64,000 nucleotides of DNA, from assembly GCF_009914755.1 (NCBI RefSeq), contig NC_060942.1; one strand, 5' to 3'. Both the position numbers and the translations under genes were made by a program. Below the pieces are notes generated by a model. That model did not search any database. It was not told where the DNA came from and saw only the letters and a list, made by a program, of their open reading frames with translations. Position 1 is the first letter of the stretch, and the number at the start of each line of letters is the position of its first letter. This document shows positions 1-14,002 of this stretch, piece by piece. The DNA comes from the human T2T-CHM13v2.0 reference genome, Homo sapiens.

Positions 1-2130
1 AGAATGAAATAATGCCAGTGTGACATACCTTTCTCAGAAAGTAAAAGAGAAGGAATGAACACTAACTGATTGTATGAGGCCAAAATTACCCAGACACACA
101 GTAGACAAAGATATTTGAAAAAAAGTAAACAACAGACCAAGATCAAACATGAAGAGTGATGCTGACATTATTATGAATATACTTAAAAATTACATACAAT
201 AAAATATCAAAAAGGTAATACCACGGACAAGTGAATTTTATCCTAAAATGCAGTCAGTTTAACTGAAAATCAATGTAATTCATTAAATTAATAAAAATCC
301 ACATGATCATCTCAGTAGGAAAAAATATTATTTGACAAAATGTAATGCACATTCATGTTAATAACTCCCAGAAGCTAGGAAGAGAATATTTGCTATCTGC
401 TAAAACTAAATTATAAACATATCTACAGCTAACATTTTACTTAATGATCAAAAATAAATGCTTTCTACTTAAGAAAGAATGCAAGAGTATTGTAACATAA
501 CACTTCTTTAATATGTTACCACAAATTTGGTATGTAAAACAATACAAATCCATTATTTTACAGTCCAGGAAATCAGAAGTCTAAAATGGGTCTGGGGGTG
601 GTGCTCCTTCCGAAGGCTCTTGGGGAGAGTCTGTTGAGTTGCCTTTTTCAGTTCTTAAATTCTGTCTGCATCCTGTGGTGCATGACCCCTTACTTCATTT
701 TCAAAGAGCAGCATAGCACCTTCTGCTTCTCTGACCTCCTGTCTCTCTCTTATAGGGAACCTTATGATTAAATCAGGCCCACTTGGATAATCCAGGATAA
801 ATCTCCTATCTCAGAATCCTTAACTTGATCATACCTGCAAAGTCTCTTTTGAATATAAGACATGTTGTTCACAGGATTTAGGGATTAGACTGTGAACATC
901 TCTGGGGGCAATTTTTTATCTTACCAGAGCATGGATGTTCAATCTTACCACTTCTCAATATTGCTCTGAATTCCCTAGCCTTTGCAAAAAAGTGAGAAAT
1001 TAAAAGAAACAAAATGCATTTATGTCTGTTTGTACATGATATAATTGTGAGCAGAGAACAGCCTGAGAGATCGATGAAAAAGCTACATAGTGGCAGGATG
1101 CACTATTTATGCATAAAAATAAATTATATTTTTATGTATTCAGAATATACAACCAAAAATTGAAATTGAGAAACAATAGTCTTTTCAATAGTGTAAATTA
1201 TCGACTCTTCAGAAATAAATTTAACAGAATATGTACAAGTCCTTTACATAGAAGACTACAAAGTTTTGCTGAAGCAAGATAAAGATCTAAATAAATTGAG
1301 AGCAATACCATGTTCTTAGATTCCAAAACATGTAATTATCCCCAAATTATATATTTAACTCAATTCCAATAAAAACCCTAGAAAACTTTCTTGTAAAAAT
1401 TGACAACCTATTTGTAAAATTAATGAGGAATTTGTAAAAAAAATTAATAACAAATTTGTAATAGCCAAAGAAATTTTGACATAAAAGAATCACTATCTGA
1501 TTACCTTCCTAAATGGCTCTATTAATTAAACTATGTGTTTATATAAGAATAGATAATTAATAAAATATAAATCTAATACATGTACAGAAATGAGTACAGA
1601 AATAAATAATCATATATATGGTCAATTGATTGTCAATAAAATTGCCTAGATAATTCAATGAACAAACTTTTTTTAAAAGCTATGTTAAAATAACTTGATA
1701 TCCATATTCACAAAGTGAACCTCAGCTTTTGTCTTGAAATAGATACAAAAATAAATGTAATCTATAAAAAGTAAATGATATACCTAAATGTAAGAACAAA
1801 AAAATCCGAGATTTCTAAATGAAAACAGAAGAAAACATCTTTATGACTGTAAAGCAATGATTCCTAGATGATACACACGAGTCAAAGCTGTAAAGGAGAA
1901 AGTGAATTAATCGAACTTCTTCAAAATTTAAAACTTTTGATTTTGTTAGGCAATGATAAGAATATAAAAAGGCAAGCCCAGACTGGGAGAAAATATTTGC
2001 AAATCACACATCTAACAAAGGATTTGTATGTAGAGCATATAAATATTCTTATAATCTTATATTAAGACAACATAAAACCCAATAAATAAAAAATAGACAA
2101 ATGATTTGAACACACTTCAGAAAAGAAGTA
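1..2130 (+). mobile_element. Old L1 (L1M-type) ORF2 fragment, interrupted by an MLT1 LTR
   Basis: A-rich degenerate L1 ORF2 motifs (tatgaggccaaaattacc; ggcaagcccagactgggagaaaatatttgcaaatcac). Confidence 0.8.
491..928 (-). mobile_element. MLT1 (MaLR) solo LTR
   Basis: ttaccacaaatttgg...cagaagtctaaaatggg...cccacttggataatccaggataaatctc are typical reverse MLT1 motifs. Confidence 0.8.
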
Positions 2131-3231
2131 TGTTTTAACCAAAATCTGACACCACAGCATAGGTTAAACTAGACTAATTAAGTTAAGAAACAGAACTTGC
2201 AAGATTTATTATTCTTGCTTTAACTTTCTAATATTTCTTAGCTTCAAAATATTTTTTTATTTTTTTAAATAACATTTGAATGTAAAAACCAAATTGAAAT
2301 TATTTGCTGTTGACCACACCTATTCAGTGATAATGTTGTTAGGAAGATTATATTGCTCATCTGTAGTCATGGTGCTTGAAATCAGAAAATTTCTAAGTAA
2401 AAGCAAATGGCCATTTACGAATACAGTCTGCAAAGTTATAGTACACAATGCTCATGCTTTACATTCTAACCCAAGAGAAACCTAAATTAAGCACCAGCAT
2501 TTTAAATATATGTAGAAATTGAAGGCTTATAAAAATAGAATTGCAATCCTTTCATAAAAGCCAATAATTTATTCTATAGCTTTCTAAGATGATAAGAAAA
2601 TTGTAACTATTCTCCAAAATAACTATAATCCATCATGTAGAAATGGAAAGTTTCAAAGAAAAGGTTGACCCAATATTTTCATCTTTGTAGAAAGAATGAA
2701 GTTATTTGGGTATCACAGAAACTAATGAGAAGGCAGATTCTGGTTCAAGAGAAAATGATTTATCATTTGATATCAATATTTCAGAATGGATACTCTATCT
2801 TTGATGGAATAATTAAATGAGATTCGATGTCATGACAAAATGTGTTCCCAACTTATTTATGTTAAAATAATTGCTAGAAAATTTTAAGTTGAAAACTTGC
2901 TGCATTGATGCAAGTGATCTAGCCAAATTATTCAAGGTTTCTCTGTTATCTTCTTTTGTTTAATTTCTTTTTTGGAGAGCAGACTTCAAAAGGTAATGGA
3001 TTATAAAGGTAATTATAATTACAGAATAACAATGTCAATTATATCTTTCAACTGGAAGACACTCTATTTCCCTTCTATTTGTTAAATTTTACAAAAGAAC
3101 AAACTTGTATAGCTCAAACAATACTTGAATGAACAGTAATTGAATTTCATGCCCCATCAGCCAGTCAAATTTAAGAATATTCCCCATTATTGTCACAGAG
3201 GACAAAGCATGGATTTCATTATATTCAACAC

Positions 3232-3276
3232 AGAACAATGTCCTTTGGAGCTGCTGACCTTCTGAGCTTTGAGAGA
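3232..3276 (-). pseudogene. Collagen-like fossil exon (45 nt)
   Basis: Acceptor tcctttttcag; tct ctc aaa gct cag aag gtc...tcc aaa gga cat = (G)LK (G)QK (G)...SK GH. Confidence 0.5.
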
Positions 3277-3518
3277 CTGAAAAAGGACAAATGCCTTTTA
3301 CAATAAGTAAATCTTCTGATGTTTCATCTAACAAAAGCTGCTGGTAGAATTAAATCCGCCCCCCCCCACCGCCAGCATTCATCCTTCCCACACATAACAC
3401 TAAAAACTAAAGGTAAATACCTGTATATTTCCAGCATTAACAGTAATATGCAGGTAAAACAGTAATGCTTTAACTCAACTCCTGTACCTTCCAGATATAT
3501 ATGTGTGGGCATGTGTGG

Positions 3519-3520
<2 letters not shown>

Positions 3521-3570
<50 letters not shown>

Positions 3571-3587
3571 CAGAGACAGAGAGAGAG
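3521..3587 (+). repeat. (GT)n-(GA)n compound microsatellite
   Basis: Directly visible. Confidence 0.95.
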
Positions 3588-3652
3588 TGGTGAGAGGTCA
3601 CATTAGCTTTAGTCCTCTTCTTCTGGGTTCACATAATAAGGGAAATACTTGC

Positions 3653-3761
3653 TTAGCCCTGACAAAGCCTGCTGGAGCAGAGGGCAGGAGCAAGTCAAGG
3701 TCAGAGAGCCATGAAGCCTCAGGAAGTGGGGAGCACTGACTGGAATTTACAGCCTGGATCC
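3653..3761 (-). pseudogene. Collagen-like fossil exon (109 nt, about 108)
   Basis: ttttatctacag|GGA TCC AGG ... (R)LH GSL ... (A)PA GFV (R)AK|gcaagt. Confidence 0.55.
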
Positions 3762-4657
3762 CTGTAGATAAAAGAAACCCATTTTAGTGACTATGCTCAA
3801 GGGAGTATTGCAAATGTCATGCCTCCCATGTTTAGCGAAGTTTCTGTAATTGAGCACTTACTTGTAAGACAGTAGGTGCAGCAGGCATGGTGGTCTTTAG
3901 GTTAGATGAAGGCAGATAGCTCCAATCCACATTCTCACTACCACATCTCCATCTCAGTGCTCCAACAAGCTGTAGTCTCCATGATTTCCTCATAACTAAG
4001 AATTTCAAAGCTTTATACCCTTAGACCTATAGTCTCCTTTGCTTGGGATGCTTTCCCCAGTCTTTACAAGATAGCTTCAAAACCTAGTTAATTGTTCGTT
4101 CTTATAAAAGCACAAGTAAGTGCTCCCAAAAACAGAACTGGTCATTCTCTCTCTGTGCCCTTATGTATACTGTATATTTAATTTGTCCAGTGAAATCTCT
4201 GCATCAAGATACAACTTACTTCAAGACTGTTTTGAAAAGGAAATCTTTTCATTCTGATAGAGGCAATTTAAGTCTTAATTAGGTGTCATTTATAAAGTAT
4301 TTCACACTGAGACCTTTCCAAACAAACAAAAAAATCATTTAAAATTTACTTTGTAGACTAAACTCTCAAGGACTTTGCAAAAAAACCCACTGTTCTTTGT
4401 AGTTTTGATTTCTCATATATGCAAATAGTTGTACAATTATGTAGCATTTGTTGTTGTTGCCCGGTTGATTGCTTTAGACTCCAATTATCATTCTATATTC
4501 GTATCCTCTCCTCTCAGAATCTGGAATCTATTGCTGCTGTGCCTTATGGTATTTATCTTGGATGTGTATTGTGTTTTTCCAAAATGCTTATAGCTAAGTA
4601 AATATATTTCTTTTATTTGAAGACTTTGTTTTGTAAAACATTTCTCTCAGATATCAC

Positions 4658-4692
4658 CTATGTTCCCTAGGTCTTTGCATTCTTTTAAGATT
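4658..4692 (-). pseudogene. Collagen-like fossil exon (35 nt, about 36)
   Basis: aat ctt aaa AGA atg caa AGA cct agg GAA cat ag|gtga = (G)LK (G)MQ (G)PR (G)H; three Gly positions are one change from GGA. Confidence 0.6.
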
Positions 4693-5499
4693 TTAAAGGT
4701 AGCTATGTTTGTTACCAACTGTGAAGGGCCTAGCTTTGTTATGAACATATCTATTTAAAAGGAATGAATTTTTGAAGTCATATAAGAAGCTTGATGCTGT
4801 TTATTTTGTCCATGCTGAAAAGTTAGAAGAAACAAATATTTGTAAGACTGACAAAGCCAACATATAGGGAAAGAAAACAATATAAATGTTTTGAGGACAT
4901 TATTAGTTGGACACTCTCCTGAGATTTACTTTTAGAAAGCTTATTCACATCAATCAGAAGTCAGAAATTTCAATTAAGGAAATGTGGAAAGCAGATTTTA
5001 TTCATTCATAATTTTTTATTTGGATTTTAGTATATTTAAATGTAACAACAAGTACCAAAATACTGCTATTTATTGATCATTTTAATTATTATTGAAAGAT
5101 ATTTATTTTGAAGTCTGGTGGAAGATATGATAAGTCCTGAGGGCAATTAAAGATAGAAAGTATAAAATATGATATAAAGAAATGACGAAATGGATGTGTC
5201 CTTGTAAAACAGAGGCACATTTTCAGTTATATAACAAATTAAGCTCATTAATTTATCACCACATATATGTTACCTGTTAATTAGCTGTTATTTTTATACC
5301 ATAATTAAAATCCCCCAAATAGATAATATACCTATTTCCCACCATATATGGGCATAGAGAAGAAAGTACTATTTAATTTGATGTGAAATGCTGTCTTTAG
5401 GAAATTATTGTAAATGTAAGCATGAATATAGGATAAGCACTAAGGTGCTCTTTCTAGTAAAACTGAGATGTCTTGGATGAGGGAAGTCCCTTAGATCTG

Positions 5500-6240
5500 C
5501 TGATAAATGTGTCTCTTAAGTAGCTGCAGGAGAGGCTAATGGCTCCCCTAGACTCTTAGCTTACCCTCCAGTTTCAGTGAGGCCCATGTTCAAGATACCT
5601 GGTTCAAGTGTGGAAGTGATGTCTGCCACCTCAGGCACCAGCATGAGACCCCTACGTGTTCACTCATTCCTCCTCTTCCCTTTCTGCAGCATTGTGGGGC
5701 CTGCATGCCAAAGGCAGTGGGTTCACAAGTTGGACTGAATTTGGATCACTAATTCATTTTGGAGGAAAGTTGCCCAGGAGGCTGCCAAAATTCCCCCCAC
5801 TGCATGCCTTTTTTTGAGTCAGGGTCTTGCTCTGTCACCCAGGCTGGAGTGGTATGGTGCAATTATAGATCACTGTGGCCTCAAAATCGTGGGCTTAAAA
5901 ATCCCTCCCACATCTGCAACCCATCCTCTATGTCTCCCAACTGTCCTACTCCTGCCCCAGTAGCTGAGACTGCAGGTGAGCCCCCGCATACCTAGTTGGT
6001 TTAAATTTTTTCTTTTGTAGAGATGAGTCTCCCTAAATTGCCCAGGTTGGTCTTGAAATCCTGGGCTCTAGTGATCCCTCCACCTCAGCCTCCCAAAGTG
6101 TTGGGATTACAGGCCTGAATCACTGCACCTGGCCTTCACTGAGTTTTGGTGACAGTGAGAAATAAACCTCTGTTTTGTTAAGCTACTGAGATTTTCGGGG
6201 TGTGTTGCAGTGGCTAAATTTATTAGCCTGACTAAAAAGG
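5500..6240 (+). mobile_element. Old MLT1-type LTR split by an Alu
   Basis: 3' end gtgagaaataaacctctgttttgttaagctactgagattttcgggg...gcctgactaa. Confidence 0.6.
5808..6134 (-). mobile_element. AluJ (Jo-like) with an internal insertion of about 40 nt
   Basis: gagtcagggtcttgctctgtcacccaggctgg...cctcccaaagtgttgggattacagg. Confidence 0.92.
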
Positions 6241-6344
6241 AAAGTTTTGACATGTGTCTAAGATTCACAAGCTCCTATAAATATATGTGCTGTTTTTGAC
6301 GTGTTTCTTTCCCCTTTTAATTTTTGGAAGAGAAAAAACAAAAC

Positions 6345-6406
6345 CATTGGCTGGCATGTTCTTTGATCTAACTAGACCTATCTTTTCCCATTCTTCTAGA
6401 GAGAAC
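6345..6406 (-). pseudogene. Collagen-like fossil exon (62 nt, about 63)
   Basis: ctag|GTT ctc tct AGA aga atg GGA aaa gat AGG tct agt TAG atc aaa GAA cat gcc AGC caa tg|gt; 6 of 7 first-position codons are Gly or one change from Gly. Confidence 0.7.
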
Positions 6407-6599
6407 CTAGCGAAAGAATTGCATCTATTTACGCAATTCTGACAACCCAATTCTGGCTTACTTGTGAAAGATGATTGAATGAACTCTCTATGGATACTCG
6501 TTGTCACACTTGAATAGGGCACTCTATGGAGCCCAGTTTGTGGCCTTCAGAGGAGCTTTTGGGGTCAGTCACTCTTCAGCATCATTAGAGAAGGCTCAC

Positions 6600-6668
6600 A
6601 GTATTCTCCAGGGCATCAAGCTTTCTCTTGCTGAGACTGCATAGAGCCCCCCGATCCCCACAGCTCTT
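6600..6668 (-). pseudogene. Collagen-like fossil exon (69 nt)
   Basis: ctacag|KSC GDR GAL (C)SL (S)KR (K)LD (A)LE NT|gtgagc; tgc, agc and gcc are each one change from ggc. Confidence 0.65.
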
Positions 6669-6982
6669 CTGTAGGCACCACCTCAAAAGCACCACAGAGT
6701 TTTGATTTTTGTAAAAGGACATCTATTTATGTATCTGCCTTCAGATACATAAATTTGAGGTTCTGCCAAAGAATTTGCATTATCCTTAGGGATCTCTTTG
6801 GGTAAAGCGTCATAACGCTAGGATGAGGCCTGTTATTTATACCTGATCTCATTTTTTGGCAAGTCAGATTAATAGCATAAGAGAAGATTTCCATGACCTC
6901 CAAAAGCCAGGCCAGCTGCAGTCTATCATTAAATTAGAGATAAAAGTCTGTATAATCTCAAAATATAAAAACAGACATTTTA

Positions 6983-7315
<333 letters not shown>

Positions 7316-7458
7316 TTAGGCCAATATGGAATACTTTTCTTTTTTTATTGACTTTTAGAGAAAAGGCTGTGAGGCCTTATGTATAAAACAGGGAACATGC
7401 GAAGATAAGCCTCATAAAGTATATCCCGTTTCAAAGGATAACTTCTGAGATTTCATAC

Positions 7459-8077
7459 ATTTTGACCAATGGAATCCTCAGAATAATAGGATCCTTCCAG
7501 TACAGAGCTATGTATGTATGTATGTATCTATCTACCTACCTACCTATCACATATCTTTTTAATATATCTATATTTTTCTTAAACTCAGGACTTCATAGAT
7601 TCAATAATTTGTTGAAGAAGATTTCAGGTAATTCTCACTTGGGAACATCCCAATTTTCTTTCATGAACAACTAAGGATAGCCATTAATCAACATGCATTC
7701 TTTTTAATTTGAACTCACCAAGTTTCCTGCCCTGCTGCAATAGGGACCCTAGAACAGGTTTTTTGAGCAAATACATAAGCAACAAAATAAAACTGAATGT
7801 GCCCTAAATCCAGGCTCAACGACCATTTTTAAATTATCCGATATCTGTGGGAAAAAACTCCTTGCCTGTGGTTCAGGGGGAAAAAAAATGTTAGTGCCTG
7901 GCTTTATAAAGGAAGTGCAGTGCTTTTTCTTTTAACCAAAAGTGCTCTTTCTATGTTATATTTATTTCTACAGGAGGGGAATTCCACACTCTGGCATCTT
8001 TAACTCCTCTCAGCTACTGAAAAATTCACTTACTTCTTGGAGTCCAAACTTTGAAATAAAGCATAGCATAGTACCTC
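7459..8077 (-). pseudogene. Cluster of short collagen-like fossil exons (7459-7494, 7639-7670, 7719-7748, about 7972-8016, 8034-8077)
   Basis: GSY YSE (D)SI GQN|gtatga; ctag|GPY (C)SR AGNL|gtgagt; (A)ER (S)*R (C)QS (V)EF resembles GERGPRGPKGEP; mostly canonical splice signals. Confidence 0.6.
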
Positions 8078-8289
8078 CTGAGGAAAAGCATTAAAATTAA
8101 AAATACCCCCTGTAGCTGCTGACAGTAGCATCTTTTCGAGAGTACAAATTAGATATCTCAGAATAAAAGCCCATAAATCTATAATATTACTGCACTTATG
8201 AAAAGATGTAGTACTAGGGATATATGGTCTAGAAGAAGACATAAACTCACCAAAATGACCAAGATTTAAAACACTAACATGCAATCATT

Positions 8290-8800
8290 CATGAGCTAAT
8301 AAATATGAAGACTGAATTTGAAAAAACACAGTTTCAGATGAATGGAGACTAAAAAGATGTAACAACCAAAGGCAAGATGTATGATATATAGAGATATAGA
8401 TATATATTAATTTGTATGTTAGAAGGGTGATAGTGAGTTTATTGACAAAATTTGAATAAGGTCTATACCCTTGATCATGATACTTGATCATTGGTAATAC
8501 GCTGATTTTGATAATTTGGTGTGGATTGTATAGCACACGCTGAAGAATTTAGGGCTAAAAGGGGATTATATCTGAAATTCACGTTCAAGTGGTTCAAAAA
8601 ATAATATGAATAACGTATAAAAGTTACTTTCTATTACATACATATATAGTATGAAGGTAAATATGAGCTAAAGAATTATAGAGCAAACATATTAAAATGT
8701 AAACATTTAGGGAATCTGAGTGAAAGGAATATTATAAATCTTTGCACTATCTTTCTAACTTTTCTGTTCATCTAAAAGCATGTTAAAATAAAAAGGTAAA
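8290..8800 (+). mobile_element. Old L1 (L1MC/ME) 3' UTR fragment
   Basis: ctgattttgataatt...caagtggttcaaaaa...aatgtaaacatttagggaatctgagtgaa motifs. Confidence 0.6.
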
Positions 8801-9179
8801 AAGAGTAGAAAATTCAGCAAAGCTGTAATTGTGCTCTCAAAGTAACTGTTACTGATGGTTTCAAGAATGTGAAATATAATATGGTATGAAGGGATACTAG
8901 AAAACAACTGACACAGGACTAAAATGTTTATGCTTATCTACATAGTGTTCTGGGTTGAAGATAAAAATAATTGAAAAGGAATGTCACAGAATATAGAGTT
9001 TAAGGAATACTGCTGTCCATTCTCAAATCTTTTATTATGTTCCCATGAAATATTTTCACAATTATTTCCTAACAACATACATCATTTCTATAATAAAATA
9101 ACAGAAAATAAGGGAACTAATATCTAACTAGCTATATTTGTTAAGCCTTGTTTTATCAAGCTCATATTGTCCTTAAAAA

Positions 9180-11500
9180 TTTATAATGTGCCAAGCACTA
9201 TGCTAGGTGGAACATATTAAGTGAAATGTTGAAAAATAGATGAAAATCAGAAAAAAGTCAAATAGTTTTGTTAGTTAAAAAATCCTCTGATGCAAAACCT
9301 AAACATTTGTTTATTAATTATTTAATCTAAGAGATATTTATTTATTACCTTAAGCTTTCTAGAGACCAGTAGAAACTGACAGACAACTAATAAATGATCA
9401 CATCATAATGAAAACAACTACTTGTCTAAATACTTAAATATGTTGGCACAAAAATCCGAGGAATTGCATAGAAAGGAAAATGAATTCAGTCTTCAATGGC
9501 TATGGAAAGTGGCAAAGAATAATGATATATAATTTATGACTTGAAAGATGAGTAGCAATTAGCTAAGTAAAGGGATAGGGAGAAGGAGATTCTAAACAAA
9601 AGGATTCCATGTTAAATGGACCATAGACCAGAGAACATAACTACATCTTGAAATTGAATTAAACAAAGTCACCTTGATCATAGACCATGAAGGTTGGAGA
9701 AAGAGAAGTGCCAGCTTAGTGGCATAGGCAAATCCAGGAAGGGTTTTGTATTCCATACTCAATAATTTGGACCTTATCTTGAATGCCTTGGAGAACCACT
9801 GAAGGATTTTTGGCAAGATGGTTTTAAAGTCAGACTTATGCTTCAAACTGGTTACTATGGATACAGTGTCTCTCTATAAAGAATGGTGTCAGAAGAACAT
9901 GTTGTGAGGTTATGTAAGAGATGAAGATGGCCTAACCCAAAAGAATGGGAATAGTAATTAAGAGAAGTATAAAAATAGAATTATCAAAGAGGATAAATAA
10001 AAAAGGCCTAAATGGTTAATTGATGGGAGACATTTGAGAAAAGGAGGAATAAGGGTTTATCATTTGGGAAAGTGATGTCATATCGGGGTAGGAACACAGG
10101 AAGAAGAGCAGGAAGGGAGGATGAACAATGATTTAAATTTATTTATTTAGAATATTAGTTTTTTATATAAAGTCTGAAGCCCAGCAACTTGAACTCGAAA
10201 TATAACTTTCAAATCATGTGCATGGAGAGCAAAGTGAGAATGGAAGAGCGTCAGTGGTTGAACACAAAGTAAAAGAATATGGAAGAAACATAGACTAGTA
10301 GAGTTGGAGATTGTATAACTCAAGAGGTAGGAAGAACACTAAGAGAGCATGGTACTATTTAAAAAATAAAAGCAAAACAAGGAAGTGTTTCAGGATGAGG
10401 ACGTGGTCAACAGGATCAAACTCTGGAAGTAAGAAAGAAAAGTTTTTTAATAGACTGATGAGGGTAAAATCCAAGTTGACTATGAGCTGAGTAATTGATT
10501 AAAAGTGGAGAAAACACGTGTAGAACTACACACAAGTCAAGCAGATTGACTCTTTAGGAGAGGAAGGAAATTGTGTGATAAAAAAGAGGCATGTAGGTTC
10601 AAAAGATGGAATAATTTCTGAAGATGAAAAAGACTTAAATTTCTATAAAGGCTGATGAACTCTGTATTAGTTTGTAAGGGCTTCCATACAAAGAACCAGA
10701 CTCAGCTTAAACAATAGAAATCTATTTCATCACAGTTCTGGAGGCTTGAAGTCCAAGGTCAGATTATTGGCAAGGTTGTTTCTTTTGAGACCTGTCTCCT
10801 TGGCTTGCAGATTATCATCTTCTCCCTGTGTCTTCACATAGTCTTCCCTCTGTGTGTGTCTGTGTCCTAATTTCCTCTCATGATAAAGACAGCAGATATA
10901 TTTCATTAGTGCCTACCCTAATGACCTCATTTCACCTCAACTACCTCTTTAAAGGTACCCATCTCCAAATTTGGTCACATTCTAAGATACTGAGAGATAG
11001 GACTTCAATATATGATTTTGGCAGGGACACAATTCAACCCATACCAAACTCTGTTGGTGCACTCTTTCCTTTAAAGAGGAAGAAGTGGAAGTTATAGGAA
11101 AAAGAAGGAAAGTGTGAGGGAATGAGGTCCTCATTTCACATGAGGATGAAATGAGACTGAGAAGAGGATCAGCCACAGAGGAGTGATATTGCTTTTGGTA
11201 ATAGGAGGGCTTTAAACCCAGATAGATGCAGATGTGTCTAAGCTTAGAGAGAAATTTGTCTGATGGCTTCTATCTTTGTGGGACGATGAAGTGTGGTAGT
11301 TGTTAGGGTGGAGTTTTAAGGATGATTCACTGAATGGAAGAAGCCAGAAAACCGCAAAAAGGAAGTTGAGAATATTGTCAAGGGAGTGTCTGAAGTAACG
11401 ACCATCAAACCTATGCTGGGTAGAGAAGGGACTAAGATAGGAAGAAGTTAATGGGAAAAAATTAATACAGGTGTCATGTCTCTAGAGGTCTCAAGATTTA
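9180..11500 (-). mobile_element. L2 fragments
   Basis: atgtgccaagcactatgctagg; tttggaccttatcttgaatgccttggagaaccactgaaggatttt. Confidence 0.7.
10663..11046 (-). mobile_element. MLT1A-type solo LTR inserted in L2
   Basis: tgtattagtttg...cacagttctggaggcttgaagtccaagg...gggacacaattcaacccatacca. Confidence 0.88.
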
Positions 11501-11709
11501 GGACTGATTAACTTGAAAAATATAAACCTAAGAGATGATGATTGTTTTTTAAGTATTAGTTAAATTTGTCAGTTTTTTATCTTCCCCTAATATCATTTAA
11601 CTCTCTACATAAGAAAGTTGTTTATTCTCTTCTAGAGGCCTATACAATCACCTAGTACATTCTATCACACAGGTGAAGTTAATTTGTAGCATAAAACAAA
11701 TATACTCAC

Positions 11710-12461
11710 CATCGATGATGTGTTGTATGATGTTTCCCTTGGGATTAAGAATATACTACTTATCTTGAAGGAATAGAACTGGGGGCTAAAGTGCCCATGA
11801 CTACTGATTAGAGAATTGCTGCTAAAAATTGATAGATTGTGGAGTGAACCTAGAAGTGGAGGGCAGAAAAGAATAATGCTGGGAGAAATGTGTGGAAAAG
11901 AAAAAGTGACAGAGTAGGCGAAGTCTTATGTACAAAGGCACCAAAGTAAACAAATTGAGAACTAAAAAGAGTGATCACAATTACGATAATGTCTGTTTTA
12001 AATCTGCTTCATGTGTTTAAAAATGTTTATCATTCCCTGTAGCATAAATTAGTACTGAACTGTTATGCAAGTCTTTTAAAAAGTTGTATCTTTTAAAGCA
12101 GAAAATAACTGGTGAATTTATTATTATTTTTTAGGAAATCAAGTCTTTGTTTTCCAAAAGTATTACAGCTAATATTACAGTAATATGGTACAAAAATCAC
12201 ATTGGTTATCCATCACTCCTACCACTTGCACCTATTGCTCACTCGTGCTGTTGTAAATTCAGGTTGAGATATAAATTCAGAAGCTCTGCCTGTCTAGGAA
12301 TGTAGAATCTCCTTTCACCCACTGATTTAGCAACTCAGATCCTGCTCTTATGGACTCATAATTTAAAAAAAGTAAGCTATTTTCTTGATTTAAACAACAG
12401 AATGAATTAAATTGTACGAGATCATGCTTACTCTAGAGCCTTCCCATCCCAAAAAGTTTTC
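11710..12461 (-). pseudogene. Collagen-like fossil exons (11710-11763, 54 nt; 12243-12293, 51 nt; 12432-12461, 30 nt)
   Basis: Canonical ag/gt ends; GWE GSR|gtaagc; GRASEFISQPEFTTAR|gtgagc resembles COL7A1 GRTGAPGPQGPPGSATAK; PKGN in the 54-nt exon. Confidence 0.55.
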
Positions 12462-13257
12462 CTGTCATATTTTACACCTTCCTTCAAATTTCTTTTTTCT
12501 TGTCTTTTCTCTGATACCTTTCCTCAGTCTTCCTGAAATTTAAGGGTTCTTTGAATTTGACTGCTGATATGAACATAATCAATTGATTACTACTAGTGGA
12601 ACTGCTGATAGGAGCATACTCAGTTGACATCTTTATTTGCATGCAATCTTTCCCTTCACTGGTTACCTCGACTAATTGTCTTTCTTTTTTGCTTATTAAA
12701 AATTGAAAAGTCAAATGAATTAATTTGCACTGCTTCTTAAAACAAATGCAGTTTTCTTCAAGTCTTTGCTACTAGTTCTTTTTATAAAAAAGGAACACAA
12801 CAACCCACACTTCACCTACAAAATAAGGCTTGCTTCTGCCATTCTCAGGAAACATTTTCTTTCTAATTTTATCTTCCATTTTATTTGAGTTGTCCTCTCT
12901 ACTGCCATCATGTTATTATACTCATTGTATTATTCAATATGCACAATAAATTGTTACCAATTCCATCCCTGAAATACATATATCTATCAGATAAACATGA
13001 TACATTCAGACTGAACCCATTCTCCACATTTTGCCTCATAACTGTAAGCTTTCTTTTGCATTTTTTTCTTATTTAATTTTTTTTCTCAAAGCATATGAAA
13101 AATGCCTGTTTACTACTGGTTGAGATGGTGTTTTCTTTACTCAAACACATAATTAAGCACATGATTACCCAGTTCTCATCACTTCTGTAAAATGTCTGAG
13201 TGTAAGAAGTATTATTTGATTTGGTATCTTAATAATATTATTAGCATTATTTAGTCC

Positions 13258-13392
13258 AGCCCAGGCTGGAATGCATTAGCTACTCATGGGCCTGATTATT
13301 GTGCAATACAGCCTGAGACTCCTGGGCTCAAGCTGTACTCCTGCTTCAGCCTCCTGAGTAGCTGGGATTATAGTTCTCTACCGCACCTGGCT
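13258..13392 (-). mobile_element. FAM/FLAM fossil Alu monomer
   Basis: gcccaggctggaatgcattagctactcatggg...ctcctgggctcaagc...gtagctgggatta. Confidence 0.8.
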
Positions 13393-14002
13393 AATATCTT
13401 AATTTTTGATGGTTAGATGCCATTCATTTATTTGTTTAACAAATATTATTTTTAGGGAAGAGCATGGAAAATAGCCTGGACTGGGGACCTATTCTCTATT
13501 CCTTATCTCTTTTCTTAAAGTGTTCAATTTTTATCATCAATAAAGATGATTTCTGAGAGACTGGCCTCCTAGAATTTCCATATTTTAGTAGAGAATACAA
13601 ATTTTAGAATCAAGTTTCCTAATTTTCTTCTATAAGTCCTGTTGAGATATTGATAAGAAATAGCAAAAGCTCAGATTTTTGGCATCCTTATGATATTGAT
13701 TTTCCATTCATTGATGCATTATATGTGACTTTTACATAGGTTTTCTTAAACATTTTTCAGTCAAATTTCACACTTTTTCTCCTACAGGTCTTGCATATTG
13801 TTTTTAGATATTTTAAAATATGATAGTGATGTAATGTCTAGCATCTTTGCTGAAACCAGACTTTCAGTTCAAAGCTGATACATGTACTGATCACAAAAAT
13901 TTTAATTACTTTGTCACTTAAAAAATTCTCCTTATGATCCACTATGTGAGTTGCTATAGGTTTTTGAGGTATGCAGTTTATCTACTTAAAGTCATTCCTT
14001 TG

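Noticed and set aside
2300-3230. Possible large terminal coding exon on the minus strand
   Set aside because: Multiple stops in the frames read and no recognisable domain; further collagen exons could not be read with confidence.
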